DNA from: a virus
Taxonomy: Duplodnaviria > Caudoviricetes
IMG/VR virus record: IMGVR_UViG_3300028805_000061
Strand: one strand, 5' to 3'
Length of the DNA: 64,000 bases
Part shown: positions 19,543 to 29,579 of the stretch, piece after piece
How positions within the stretch are numbered: position 1 is the stretch's first letter
How the letters are laid out: each line of letters starts with the position of its first letter
Notes under the pieces: generated by a model
What the model was told of the DNA's origin: nothing
What the model saw: only the letters and a program-made list of their open reading frames with translations
The model's database searches: none
Translations under genes and position numbers: made by a program

Positions 19543-20763
19543 ATGGGTATAAAAACAAAATTGGAACCTCTTGGTGGATTCCAAAAAATTGCTGGTGGTG
19601 TAGAACCAAAAGTTGCTTGTTCAGATACTACAACTTGGTACTTAACTAACAACGGTAAACTTTATGGTTGCGGCTCTAATAGTAGCGGTCAGCAAAGTTC
19701 AAGTGATACATCAAATGTTACAACCTTTACCCAAAGAGCAACAAATGTAGCACAAGTTGCTTGCTCAGGTAATACAACTTGGTACTTAACTAACGATGGA
19801 AAACTTTATGGTTGCGGCTCTAATAACTACGGTCAGCAAGGTAGAGGAACATCAACACAGTGGGACATTACATTTTTTACTCAAAGAGCAACAAATGTAG
19901 CACAGATTGCTTGCTTAAGGGAAAAAACATGGTATCTAACTAATGACGGTAAACTCTATGGTTGCGGAAGAAATTATTACGGGGAACAAGGTTCAGGTAA
20001 TACAACAGAGGTTGCAAGTTTTACCCAAAGAGCAACAAATGTAGCACAGATTGCTTGTTTAGATAATACAACTTGGTATCTAACTAACGATGGTAAACTC
20101 TATGGTTGTGGATATGGTGGTAAGGGTGGGCAAGGTTCAGGAAATACCGATAATGTTCTAACTTTTACCCAAAGAGCAACAAATGTAGCGCAGATTGCTT
20201 GCTCAAGTTCTACAGCATGGTATGTAACAAATGATGGTAAACTCTATGGTTGCGGCTCTAATAGTGGCGGTCAGCAAGGTTCAGGAAATACAGATAATGT
20301 TCTAACCTTTACCCAAAGAGCAACGAATGTAGCACAGATTGCTTGCTCAAGTTCTACAACTTGGTACTTAACTAACGATGGTAAACTCTATGGTTGTGGA
20401 TGGGATGACTACGGTCAACAAGGTTCAGGTAATACAACGAATGTTACAACTTTTACCCAAAGAGCAAATAACGTAGCAAAAGTTATTTGTTCAGATGAGA
20501 CAACATGGTATTTAACTAATGATGGTAGACTCTATGGTTGCGGTCATAATTACTTCAAGCAACAAGGTGGAGATGGTGTATATTCTTCTGTTAAAACCTT
20601 TACCCGAAGAGCAAGTAATGTAGCGCAGGTTGCTTGCTCAGATGATACAACTTGGTACTTAACTAATAATGATGAACTCTATGGTTGTGGCCGGGGTTAC
20701 GAGGGTCAACAAGGTAATGGCAGTACTAGCGGTAATGTTACAACCTTCACAAAGCGAAAGTAA
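19543..20763 (+). CDS. RCC1/BLIP-II-like beta-propeller protein (8 repeats), probable receptor-binding adhesin
   Basis: Eight about 48-aa (144-nt) repeats VAQIACS..TTWYLTNDGKLYGCG....GQQG.G....V.TFTQRA. Last gene of the tail-fibre module. Confidence 0.85.
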   Translation: MGIKTKLEPLGGFQKIAGGVEPKVACSDTTTWYLTNNGKLYGCGSNSSGQQSSSDTSNVTTFTQRATNVAQVACSGNTTWYLTNDGKLYGCGSNNYGQQGRGTSTQWDITFFTQRATNVAQIACLREKTWYLTNDGKLYGCGRNYYGEQGSGNTTEVASFTQRATNVAQIACLDNTTWYLTNDGKLYGCGYGGKGGQGSGNTDNVLTFTQRATNVAQIACSSSTAWYVTNDGKLYGCGSNSGGQQGSGNTDNVLTFTQRATNVAQIACSSSTTWYLTNDGKLYGCGWDDYGQQGSGNTTNVTTFTQRANNVAKVICSDETTWYLTNDGRLYGCGHNYFKQQGGDGVYSSVKTFTRRASNVAQVACSDDTTWYLTNNDELYGCGRGYEGQQGNGSTSGNVTTFTKRK

Positions 20764-20856
20764 GGAGAAACTAATAATTAACTACATACAGAGTAAACTC
20801 TAATACCTGCATATATACAAATTATAAATTTCAATTTATAGGAGAGACATATTAGT

Positions 20857-21627
20857 ATGCAAGTATTAGAGGATTTACCAACAATAGAAGAGAAGATTGA
20901 TAAATATGAAGAAGATTCATTGATAAAAAAAGAAGAAAATATTGATGAATCTCCTTTAACGTTTGAAGAAAAATTTAAAACATGGGACCCAGAAAAAGCT
21001 TTAAGAGTAAAAGATCCAAGAGCAAAAGCTTATGTACTAGATCAAATATTTTGGAATCATCCTTTACATCATCAAAGTCCAGAATTTTATACAAGAGTTT
21101 TAGGCTTTATTAAAAAAGCAATAGAAAGATATGGTATAGAGGAACAACAACAAGATGAAGATTTACCAGTTCAAATATATAGTAAAATTTGTGAAGCAAT
21201 AAAGGGTTGGTATGATCCTTACAAAGCAAATGTAGTAACATTTTTACATGCAGTATTATTTAATCATATTAAACTAAGAGCATACCATATTAAAAAATAT
21301 AAAGATGGAACATTTTATAATAGGTTTTATACATACGATAGTATTATAAAAAGCATTACAAAAAGTATAACTACAACAGATTATATAACACTAGATAATT
21401 ATTTTGATCACTTGAAGTACACTAAAGTAAACCCTTCTACAAGAGAGTATTTAAAAAATGACTTAATAAAAATTGCACCAAGAAACAACATATTATTTAA
21501 GGCGGTAGTATGGGAATTACTACAAAATAGTGAGGAGATGAACATTGGAAGGTACAATAATAAATTCACCAACAAGAGAGATACAGAAAGTATTAAAGCC
21601 AGAAGAGCAAAAATACGTAGATCTTAA
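20857..21627 (+). CDS. Second sigma-factor-like protein (region 2-like)
   Basis: EDLPVQIYSKICEAIKGWYDPYKANVVTFLHAVLFNHI resembles sigma region 2.2-2.4. No clear region 4. Confidence 0.45.
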   Translation: MQVLEDLPTIEEKIDKYEEDSLIKKEENIDESPLTFEEKFKTWDPEKALRVKDPRAKAYVLDQIFWNHPLHHQSPEFYTRVLGFIKKAIERYGIEEQQQDEDLPVQIYSKICEAIKGWYDPYKANVVTFLHAVLFNHIKLRAYHIKKYKDGTFYNRFYTYDSIIKSITKSITTTDYITLDNYFDHLKYTKVNPSTREYLKNDLIKIAPRNNILFKAVVWELLQNSEEMNIGRYNNKFTNKRDTESIKARRAKIRRS

Positions 21628-22213
21628 TATAAGTCCAGAAATATTAACCCTATACTATTTGTCATATATAACAAAAATAGATTTATTAACACTAACATTA
21701 GTGTTTGAAAAATTAGGGACAAGTTTATATTATTTATTCTATATGTTAGCAAAAAGGAAAATAAGTTTTCCTAGTGAAGCTAATTTATTAAAGGCAATAA
21801 AGTTTACAGAGACAGTAGAAGCTTTAGATAATAATTATAATAACATAAACAAAATTCCAGAAAAAGATAAAGAAATATTTGAAGATTTAATAAATCATAT
21901 AGTAGATAAAAGATATATTAGAGTAAAAATAGATACAGTAGTAGGAGAAGGAGTAACTTTACCAGTAGTGAAATCAATAACCACTCCAGGTAAATCAGAA
22001 TTGAATAGTTCAATTAAAAAATATATAAGAAAAGAAAAAAGAAAATTAGATAAAATAGGTCAGATGTATACATTATTTGATAAAAATTCAAATAATAGAA
22101 TGATTTTAATAGACAAAATCTATAAGCAATTTTCAGAAAGAATTCCAGAAAATTATAATGAATCAGATCTAAAACAACTCATAGAAATACTTATAGACGG
22201 ATATAATAATTAA
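21545..22213 (+). CDS. Hypothetical protein
   Basis: TTG start after SD GAGGAG; long ORF in the operon. Confidence 0.6.
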   Translation: MEGTIINSPTREIQKVLKPEEQKYVDLNISPEILTLYYLSYITKIDLLTLTLVFEKLGTSLYYLFYMLAKRKISFPSEANLLKAIKFTETVEALDNNYNNINKIPEKDKEIFEDLINHIVDKRYIRVKIDTVVGEGVTLPVVKSITTPGKSELNSSIKKYIRKEKRKLDKIGQMYTLFDKNSNNRMILIDKIYKQFSERIPENYNESDLKQLIEILIDGYNN

Positions 22214-22214
22214 A

Positions 22215-22820
22215 ATGACAGCAAGTAAAAAGAAATCCAAGATAAAAACTAGAAGTATACCTCTTACAAATAGAGAAAGACGGTTACAAAGGGATTTAAA
22301 ATTAAGTCAAGCAATACAAGAAATAATAGATCAAGTAACAGATAATGTTTTAAATATAGAAGAATTATCTGATGAAGCAAAATATTTAGAAATAGTAAAT
22401 AGAGCTAAAACAAATAAATATTTGAATATGTGTTTAACTAGTTCAATGGATAGTTTAATTAAGATACAAGGGATAAATAATTTTATTTTAAATAAAATTT
22501 CTGGTAAGAAAAATATAATAACAACAAAAGAATCTACTAAAACTTTTTTAAAATTAAAAGAATTAGAAAATGAACAAGTAAAACTAATAACAGAACTTTC
22601 CAAAACTCAACAATTTGTTTTGGATGAAAGAGAAAGAGAAATATTAATAATATATAGATCTATTCCAGAAAAATTACAATTATATATGTATGAAACCATA
22701 TTGGAGTTTATAAAACAATGTCCAAAAATTCAAAAAGCAATGCTGAAAACAAAACAAGAACAACTAGAAAAAGAACAAAAGGAAGAAAAGGAAAGAAAAG
22801 AGGTAGAAAAACTAACATAG
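22215..22820 (+). CDS. Hypothetical helical protein
   Basis: Operon ORF. Confidence 0.6.
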   Translation: MTASKKKSKIKTRSIPLTNRERRLQRDLKLSQAIQEIIDQVTDNVLNIEELSDEAKYLEIVNRAKTNKYLNMCLTSSMDSLIKIQGINNFILNKISGKKNIITTKESTKTFLKLKELENEQVKLITELSKTQQFVLDEREREILIIYRSIPEKLQLYMYETILEFIKQCPKIQKAMLKTKQEQLEKEQKEEKERKEVEKLT

Positions 22821-23344
22821 AGAGAAAAATTAGAGATGCCGAAATTCTTTCCAATAATGAAATGCAACAATTAATAGAAGGAAATTCCTTTGTATTAAAC
22901 CCTTTAATTCAAAATAATTGGTTTGATAAATGTTTTGAATTTGAGAAAAAGAAATTATCAAGTACTGAAAAACTACATGATTTAATATTTGATCCAAGTT
23001 ATTTAAAAGACATGGAAGAAAAGAATGTAATTACACTATTTGGTATGATGTTAAAAGATTCTCAATTCCAGAAATCTTCAAATATTAAAATAGCTGAAAT
23101 AAAAGAAAATGCAAGAATTGTAGCTGGCTTAACTAAAATGAAAGCTGAACAAGTTAAACGTCAAGAAATAGAAAGTCAAGACACAACACATGTAGGTTCA
23201 TTAATAAATACTTTATTAGATGAAAGTTTGAGAATAGCAATGAATGATCAATTAGATTTACAAACTGGAGGTTTAAATACATATAGACCACCAGAAAATA
23301 CAGATTATAATATAGTTACACTTGATGAAAATGCAGATGACTAA
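22718..23344 (+). CDS. Hypothetical protein, basic N-terminus
   Basis: ORF with SD GGAG, K/R-rich N-terminus, helical core. Confidence 0.55.
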   Translation: MSKNSKSNAENKTRTTRKRTKGRKGKKRGRKTNIERKIRDAEILSNNEMQQLIEGNSFVLNPLIQNNWFDKCFEFEKKKLSSTEKLHDLIFDPSYLKDMEEKNVITLFGMMLKDSQFQKSSNIKIAEIKENARIVAGLTKMKAEQVKRQEIESQDTTHVGSLINTLLDESLRIAMNDQLDLQTGGLNTYRPPENTDYNIVTLDENADD

Positions 23345-23788
23345 TCAGACAATATACCACTTAGAATAATCATTATTTACTTCTATAGTTTTATACATTA
23401 AGTCTAATTCTTCTAAAGAACTTATATTTAGTTTATTGAATTCTTCTTCAGTTTTTTCATTATATTCTTCAACATAATAATTTATTTTCTTTTCAGAAGC
23501 ATTAGAAATTAAATAACTTAAAGGATCTAATTTCATTATTAATTTTATATAGTGGTAAGCATAATAAGATTTATGTTCCTGGAAACACCATAATTTAATA
23601 GGAGAAACATTAGTATAAAATCTTGCCGAAGGCTTAGAACCAGCTGCTTTACTTTCTCCATGGAAAGGACAATATATGTTTTTTTCTTGAACTTCACCCA
23701 TAAGTTCTTTAATAGAGAAAATATTATTTACAACGTAATACAATTTCTTTGGGTTATTTTTAAGGTCAGACAATAATTGCTTATTCAT
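23345..23788 (-). CDS. Stand-alone CHC2 primase zinc-finger protein
   Basis: NIYCPFHGE...KPSARFY....LWCFQEH is the DnaG CHC2 pattern, with the last ligand apparently His. Fills the gap exactly and is divergent from polA. Confidence 0.75.
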   Translation of the reverse strand: MNKQLLSDLKNNPKKLYYVVNNIFSIKELMGEVQEKNIYCPFHGESKAAGSKPSARFYTNVSPIKLWCFQEHKSYYAYHYIKLIMKLDPLSYLISNASEKKINYYVEEYNEKTEEEFNKLNISSLEELDLMYKTIEVNNDYSKWYIV

Positions 23789-23885
23789 ATAAATAATTAT
23801 ATGTTTTAGTATTTTAACTCAATTAAAATAGTTGAAAGTATAAATAAGCAAATAATAACAATTATAAAATTTATAAGGAAAGAAA

Positions 23886-26168
23886 ATGACAATAGAATTA
23901 ACAGAAGAACAAGAAGTTGATATACAAGTAGAAACTGATAAACAAATAGAAGAAACTAAAGAATATCAAGATCTAAGAGCTCAAATAGAAGCAGAAGTAA
24001 GAGAGAAGATTAAAGCTGAAGAAGCTGAAAAAAGAAAGAAAAGATCTAAGAGTAAAACCAAACAGCCTAAAATAACACCTTCCTGGGATGATGTTTGGCA
24101 GGAAGCTATATGGACAAGAACCTATGATCATATAGAAAAGGACCCAAATTATGATTCTTATTTAGACCAATTAGAGAAAACAAATCAATTATATGTAGAT
24201 TTTGAAACACATACTCCTTTAGCTGTTAGACCAGTAGAAGTAATGGAGACTATTGCTGAAGAGAAAAATTGGAAAAACTGGAAAGGTGTTCTGAATAATA
24301 TAAGAATTGAAGTTACTGGTTATAATAATAAAGGAGAGAGTGTAAGTAATAAGGGTTACCCTCTTGATCCAAAAAGAGGTAAAATTAGATTGGTTCAATT
24401 AGGTGACAAAAAAGATACATTTATTTTTGATAGATATAAATGTACACCACAACAGTGGGAGAGAATAGGTAAACTATTTAAAAATAAATTTTTTATAGGT
24501 CAAAATATTTTATTTGAATGTAGATATATTTGTGAAGAATGGGAACCCAATTATTTACCTTTTCATTGTTATGATACAATGACTGTAGAAAAATTAATAA
24601 TGTGTTCTAAATTAAGTTTTTTAGGAGCAACTAGATTTGACTTACAGTCTATAGCAGAAAGAAGAGCTGGTATTTATATAGCTAAAGGTTATGGTCATTC
24701 AGACTGGGGAAATCCAGATTTAAGTGAAGAACAATACAAATATGCAGCAGAAGATATTGATATATTAAGACCTATAGTAAAAGCTCAATTGCCAGAACTT
24801 AAAAATATGGGTAATAATTTTGTAAGAATAGAAAGAGATCCAGTAAAGGATTTATCTTTCTTATCACCATTAAGAAAATTACATTTAATAGCTGCAATAG
24901 AATGTGATGTAATTCCTTGTTTTGCTAGAATGATGTGGAAAGGTATTCCAGTAAATACAGCAGTATTAGAAAAAGAAATAGCAGAAAGAGCAACTAAAGT
25001 AGAAGAATACAATAATAAATGGGGATTTAATTTAAAAAGTCCAAAACAGACTTTACCAGTATTAATAAATGACTATCACTTAAATATATCAGCTACCAAT
25101 GCTGATGAATTAGCACCTTATTATGAAACTAATGAGTTGGTTAAAGATATTATTGATTCTAATTCAATAGCTACAATAAAGGGTTTAATAGAAGGGTTTT
25201 TAGCTGCTTCACAAGAATATGGAGATGATAGAGTTCATCCAAAATTTACAGTATATCAAGCTTATTCAGGAAGAACTGCTTGTAAAGACCCAAATGTTCA
25301 ACAAATACCTAGAAAAATAAAACCAGTATGGATGATGCCCCCAGAAGGTAAAACTATTATTAATTTAGACTATCCAGCTATAGAGATGAGGATAATGGCT
25401 GCTTATTGTAAAGAAAGAAAAATGTTAGATGCATTTTTACATGGTAAAGATCTCCACAAGATAACAGCTGCTGCAGTAAATAAAATCCCTATAGAAGAAG
25501 TTACTAAAGATCAACGAAAGAAAGCTAAGGCCTGCAACTTTGGATTTTTGTACGGTTGCTCATCTAAGAGGTTTAAACAAACAGCCATGACTAAATATAA
25601 TATTGATTATAGTATTGAAGAAGCTACTCAAATTCGTGAAGCTTTCTTTAAAGGATATCCTGATTTAGATAGACACGTAAGAAGAATGTTTAAATTATTT
25701 CCTTATGGTAGAAAAGATATAAGATATTTAGTTAAAACTTTCTTAGGTAGAAAAATGATGGTAGATGGTTCTGGTAACGCATTGAATTTTCCTATTCAAG
25801 GATCAGGAGCTGATGCTGCAAAATTAGCAATAATAATGCTTTATAGAACTATTAGAACTTATAAAGATGGTAAATATTCTAAGGGTCAAATAGAGCCAAT
25901 AAGTTTCATACATGATGAAATTTTTCTTGAATCTAATATTGAATGTATGAAATTTGCTACTAGAATACTTAAAAAATCACTAGAATCAGCTATGAATTAT
26001 ATAATGATAGACTTTTTTCCAGTAACAGTAGAACCTGAATTAAGTGATTTTAAAGGTGAAAGTTGGAAAAAGAAATATACTGAAGAAGATATACAACAAT
26101 TTATAGAAGAGTTAGGATCTAGTTCTTATACTATTAAAGGTAAAGTTAATTCTATTAAGCCAGAATAG
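23886..26168 (+). CDS. polA: DNA polymerase, family A, with 3'-5' exonuclease
   Basis: ExoI VDFET, ExoII GQNILFE, ExoIII YAAED; SGRTACKDPNVQQIP, motif A LDYPAIEMR, motif B RKKAKACNFGFLYG, NFPIQGSGAD, motif C IHDEI. Confidence 0.95.
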   Translation: MTIELTEEQEVDIQVETDKQIEETKEYQDLRAQIEAEVREKIKAEEAEKRKKRSKSKTKQPKITPSWDDVWQEAIWTRTYDHIEKDPNYDSYLDQLEKTNQLYVDFETHTPLAVRPVEVMETIAEEKNWKNWKGVLNNIRIEVTGYNNKGESVSNKGYPLDPKRGKIRLVQLGDKKDTFIFDRYKCTPQQWERIGKLFKNKFFIGQNILFECRYICEEWEPNYLPFHCYDTMTVEKLIMCSKLSFLGATRFDLQSIAERRAGIYIAKGYGHSDWGNPDLSEEQYKYAAEDIDILRPIVKAQLPELKNMGNNFVRIERDPVKDLSFLSPLRKLHLIAAIECDVIPCFARMMWKGIPVNTAVLEKEIAERATKVEEYNNKWGFNLKSPKQTLPVLINDYHLNISATNADELAPYYETNELVKDIIDSNSIATIKGLIEGFLAASQEYGDDRVHPKFTVYQAYSGRTACKDPNVQQIPRKIKPVWMMPPEGKTIINLDYPAIEMRIMAAYCKERKMLDAFLHGKDLHKITAAAVNKIPIEEVTKDQRKKAKACNFGFLYGCSSKRFKQTAMTKYNIDYSIEEATQIREAFFKGYPDLDRHVRRMFKLFPYGRKDIRYLVKTFLGRKMMVDGSGNALNFPIQGSGADAAKLAIIMLYRTIRTYKDGKYSKGQIEPISFIHDEIFLESNIECMKFATRILKKSLESAMNYIMIDFFPVTVEPELSDFKGESWKKKYTEEDIQQFIEELGSSSYTIKGKVNSIKPE

Positions 26169-26231
26169 GCTTTAATTAAAGACCAGGTAGCATGATGACA
26201 TATTTATTTTTAATAAAAGGAGAAGATAAAT

Positions 26232-27188
26232 ATGCCTGCAAAAAGATTTGATGAAAATGGTAATAGAATTATAGGTATAGCTAAAGCTCGAAACCAGAGA
26301 AGAAAAGAGAATTGGACAAAAGAACAATTAGAAGAAAAAGCTAGAAAAAGACAGGAAGGTAGAAGAGCAAAAAGAGCCAGGAGTTTTGAACCTCTTACTA
26401 AAGAGGAATTAGAATTAATTAAATCAGGTATAGCTGATAAGTCTTTGAAAATAAGATATGCTTGGCAATTAAACAGAGAAAAGTATTGTGAAGCTATTAG
26501 AAAAACCCGAAGTACTAAAGAATCACGAGAATTAACTAGTAAAATTTCTAGTGAAATGATGTCTTCTGAAGAACTTAGAAAAAATATATCTGAAAAAGAA
26601 ATAGCTTATTGTGAAAATCCAGAAGTAAGGGAAAGACTTAGAGAAAATAGTAAAAAGATTTTTGAAAATAAAGATCATAGAAAATGGATTAGTGAACTTT
26701 CTAAAAAACTCTGGGAAAATCCCGAAATAGCTGAAAAACGGTATAATACAATGAAAAAGAATAACTCTTTTACTAAATCTCAAGATGAAGAATATATTGC
26801 TGAATTATTATATAAGAAATTTGGTAAAAGAAATGTAATTAGGCAATATTGTGATCCTAGATATATTAATCCTTATAATAGTAGATTATTCCATTGCGAT
26901 TTCTATATTAAATCTTTAGACTTATTTATAGAATATCAAGGGACTTGGACTCATGGTAAAGAACCCTTTAATGCTAGAAAGAAAGCCCATAGAGAAATAG
27001 TAAGTTTATGGGAAAAGAAAGCTAAAGAAATAAATTTTAAGGGAGAGTTCAAAGAACAATTTTTAAGGGCTAAACAAATATGGACCTATCGCGACCCACT
27101 CAAAAGAGAAATAGCAAAACAGAATAATCTTAATTGGAAAGAATTCTTTACAGTTAGAGATTTAAAAGAATGGTTGAAATCTATTTAG
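26232..27188 (+). CDS. Free-standing homing endonuclease (NUMOD-like repeats + Vsr/DUF559-like PD-(D/E)xK domain)
   Basis: Repeated W.NPE.R..IS units; C-terminal S.DE, FHCDFYIKSLDLFIEYQGTWTHG, DPLKR. Directly downstream of polA. Confidence 0.75.
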   Translation: MPAKRFDENGNRIIGIAKARNQRRKENWTKEQLEEKARKRQEGRRAKRARSFEPLTKEELELIKSGIADKSLKIRYAWQLNREKYCEAIRKTRSTKESRELTSKISSEMMSSEELRKNISEKEIAYCENPEVRERLRENSKKIFENKDHRKWISELSKKLWENPEIAEKRYNTMKKNNSFTKSQDEEYIAELLYKKFGKRNVIRQYCDPRYINPYNSRLFHCDFYIKSLDLFIEYQGTWTHGKEPFNARKKAHREIVSLWEKKAKEINFKGEFKEQFLRAKQIWTYRDPLKREIAKQNNLNWKEFFTVRDLKEWLKSI

Positions 27189-27225
27189 CAATCCCTATAA
27201 TAAATTATACTAAAGGGAGAATATA

Positions 27226-28380
27226 ATGACTCATCCAGGTATATTGAAATTAAATGAATTTTTTAATAATAAACTATCTAAGAATACAGATAATATTAAA
27301 TTTTCCTTAAACTATAAAGCTAATTTTGCAAATAAATCTTTATTTGATTTATTAAGAGAAATTTTATTTGAAGTGGGCTATAAAGATATTAATGGGCAAA
27401 TAGATACAATATTTTGTCTAGTAGATGCATTACAACATAATTATCTTATAGAAGATAGAATTAAAGAAATTAATAAAAATAATAAATTAAAATCATCTGC
27501 AGAGGCAATTATAAGAGCTTTTAAGGAACTTATAAAATTAGGCAAAATAAGTTTTGATAGTAGAATTAGAAGAGATATAATGATGTGCATATATCTTGAC
27601 TCTAATAATGTAAATTTTAAAACATCTCCTTTAAAAAATAATCAACAAAAAATAATATATGATAAATTTATTAATGTGTTAATTAAAAATAGATTAATTA
27701 TATTAAGAAGTGGTGTTGTTAAAATAGATACTGCTGATTTATATCAACAAATTTATGAAAATGCTAAGTCAGTAATTACAAATATGAATTCCAGAGGAAT
27801 GAGTACTTTTGCTATTGCTTGTTATTTTTGGATGAATAATAGAGATTATACACCAAAACCATTTTTATTAAGCTGGACTAACTTGGACTTTATAAATGCT
27901 TTAAAAAGAAACCCTTTATTTGAAACACAAGCTAGTGAAAAAATCAAAAATATATTGGACACCCCTAGAACATACTGGACAGTATTAAGCGAAGTTTCTT
28001 TAATGACTGGTAATGTAGCAAATATTAATCCAGAAAGAAAAGAGATGAATAGGTTAATAAACCAGGTTTTAAATAATGAGGGTGAAAAGTATATTAAAGA
28101 ATATTTAAAAAGCTTAAAGTTAATTCAATCAAGCAATGAGATTATAGAAGAATTTGATGGAGAAGTCACTAATACAAATGGTTTATTTAAAAATATAGAA
28201 AATGCTATAAAGAGAAATCTAATAGATAAAACCACTACCATTCCTTCAAAAGAATTAATCATTGAAGCTATTAAATATCAATTTATGATTTCTAGAGTAA
28301 TTGATATAGATTTTAGTTCTAAAAGAAAAGATCATTTAATTCTTGATAAAGGAACAAGACAAAGGATTTTTGAAATATGA
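27226..28380 (+). CDS. Hypothetical protein
   Basis: 384-aa ORF with SD GGGAG; no motif recognised. Confidence 0.65.
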   Translation: MTHPGILKLNEFFNNKLSKNTDNIKFSLNYKANFANKSLFDLLREILFEVGYKDINGQIDTIFCLVDALQHNYLIEDRIKEINKNNKLKSSAEAIIRAFKELIKLGKISFDSRIRRDIMMCIYLDSNNVNFKTSPLKNNQQKIIYDKFINVLIKNRLIILRSGVVKIDTADLYQQIYENAKSVITNMNSRGMSTFAIACYFWMNNRDYTPKPFLLSWTNLDFINALKRNPLFETQASEKIKNILDTPRTYWTVLSEVSLMTGNVANINPERKEMNRLINQVLNNEGEKYIKEYLKSLKLIQSSNEIIEEFDGEVTNTNGLFKNIENAIKRNLIDKTTTIPSKELIIEAIKYQFMISRVIDIDFSSKRKDHLILDKGTRQRIFEI

Positions 28381-28697
28381 ACATAGCTAAAGAAATAGCT
28401 AAATTAGAGAGAAAACAACAATTACAAAATACTATTAAAAAGGCTTATAATATTATAAAAAGTTTATTATGCCAACATAAAGAATGTTATAGTGAAATAG
28501 TTAATGTTGAGTTAGGAAATTGTTCCTCTTCTATACTAGAAGAAATTTTAGGAAAAGAAGAGTCTATAAAAAAACATAAAATGAAAATTAGAATTATTCG
28601 TTGTGCTAATTGTGGAAGAGAAATAGAGCGAACTTATATTGAAGATGATATTCCTTATGATCAAGAAAAACAAGAAAATATAAAAGTTGATTCATAA
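28377..28697 (+). CDS. Small zinc-ribbon protein
   Basis: CQH...CANCG. Confidence 0.55.
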   Translation: MNIAKEIAKLERKQQLQNTIKKAYNIIKSLLCQHKECYSEIVNVELGNCSSSILEEILGKEESIKKHKMKIRIIRCANCGREIERTYIEDDIPYDQEKQENIKVDS

Positions 28698-28705
28698 TTT
28701 ATTAT

Positions 28706-29089
28706 ATGAACAATGAGAATGAAGAAATAAAATGTTGTGAAGTACTTGATCTTTCTAAGATTAAGAAAAAATGTAAAGAAGTTATAAAACATTGTGAAAT
28801 TTGTGAAGGAGTTATTATAGATCATGATAATGTTCCTGAGCAATACATTGTAGACTACAATGATAGACAAATATATTCTGCTTTAATTAAATGTGTTAAA
28901 TGTGGAGCTAATGTTTGTGAAAATTGTTGTATTACATTAGATGATACATGGGAAAAGATTTATGTGTGCAATAATTGTTATAACAAGTATAAAAAGAAAA
29001 TAGATAAAATACTAAAGCTTCAAAATAAAGCTGAAGTATTGGCAGAAGAGATAGCAGATGAAATCGAGGAATTTTTAGATGGCAAATAA
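28706..29089 (+). CDS. Cys-rich zinc-finger protein
   Basis: Four CxxC pairs followed by a coiled coil. Confidence 0.6.
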   Translation: MNNENEEIKCCEVLDLSKIKKKCKEVIKHCEICEGVIIDHDNVPEQYIVDYNDRQIYSALIKCVKCGANVCENCCITLDDTWEKIYVCNNCYNKYKKKIDKILKLQNKAEVLAEEIADEIEEFLDGK

Positions 29090-29579
29090 GAAAATAGCTC
29101 AATTTGATATTTCTAGAAAAAAAGTAGATGACCCATTAACACTAACTTTTAGTCAAGACTTAAAGAGACTTGATTCTTTTGGAATTGGAATGACCACTCC
29201 AATGTTATGTGAATTATTATGTGTATCAAAATCAGCTGTTGAGAGATGGATAAGAGAAAAATTGATATTTCCTACTATATTAACTACTAAAGAAGGAATT
29301 AAACGTAGAAAGTTTCGCTATAAAGATATTTTAAGAGGATTCACTTTAAAATGTTTAATGAGTGAATTAGGTTTTAGAAAATTTATTGGGGTAAGGCTTT
29401 TATTAGAAATGACTAATCAAGCTATTACTTCTAAAGATGAGCCAGCAAGTACTATAAATAATGAGAGAATAGATAAATATTTAATGAAAGTACTAAATTA
29501 TAGTGTAGAAGATATAGCTTTAATGAGAATGAATAATAATAACAAAAAGAAAGTTAATAAAGATGACAGCATTGAGTAA
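29079..29579 (+). CDS. MerR-like winged HTH DNA-binding protein
   Basis: MTTPMLCELLCVSKSAVERWIREKLIFP...RRKFRYKDI...L...LGF. Confidence 0.7.
   Translation: MANKKIAQFDISRKKVDDPLTLTFSQDLKRLDSFGIGMTTPMLCELLCVSKSAVERWIREKLIFPTILTTKEGIKRRKFRYKDILRGFTLKCLMSELGFRKFIGVRLLLEMTNQAITSKDEPASTINNERIDKYLMKVLNYSVEDIALMRMNNNNKKKVNKDDSIE

Noticed and set aside
23886-27188. Intron or intein in polA carrying the endonuclease
   Set aside because: PolA motifs A, B and C are contiguous and complete before the stop; the endonuclease has its own SD downstream.
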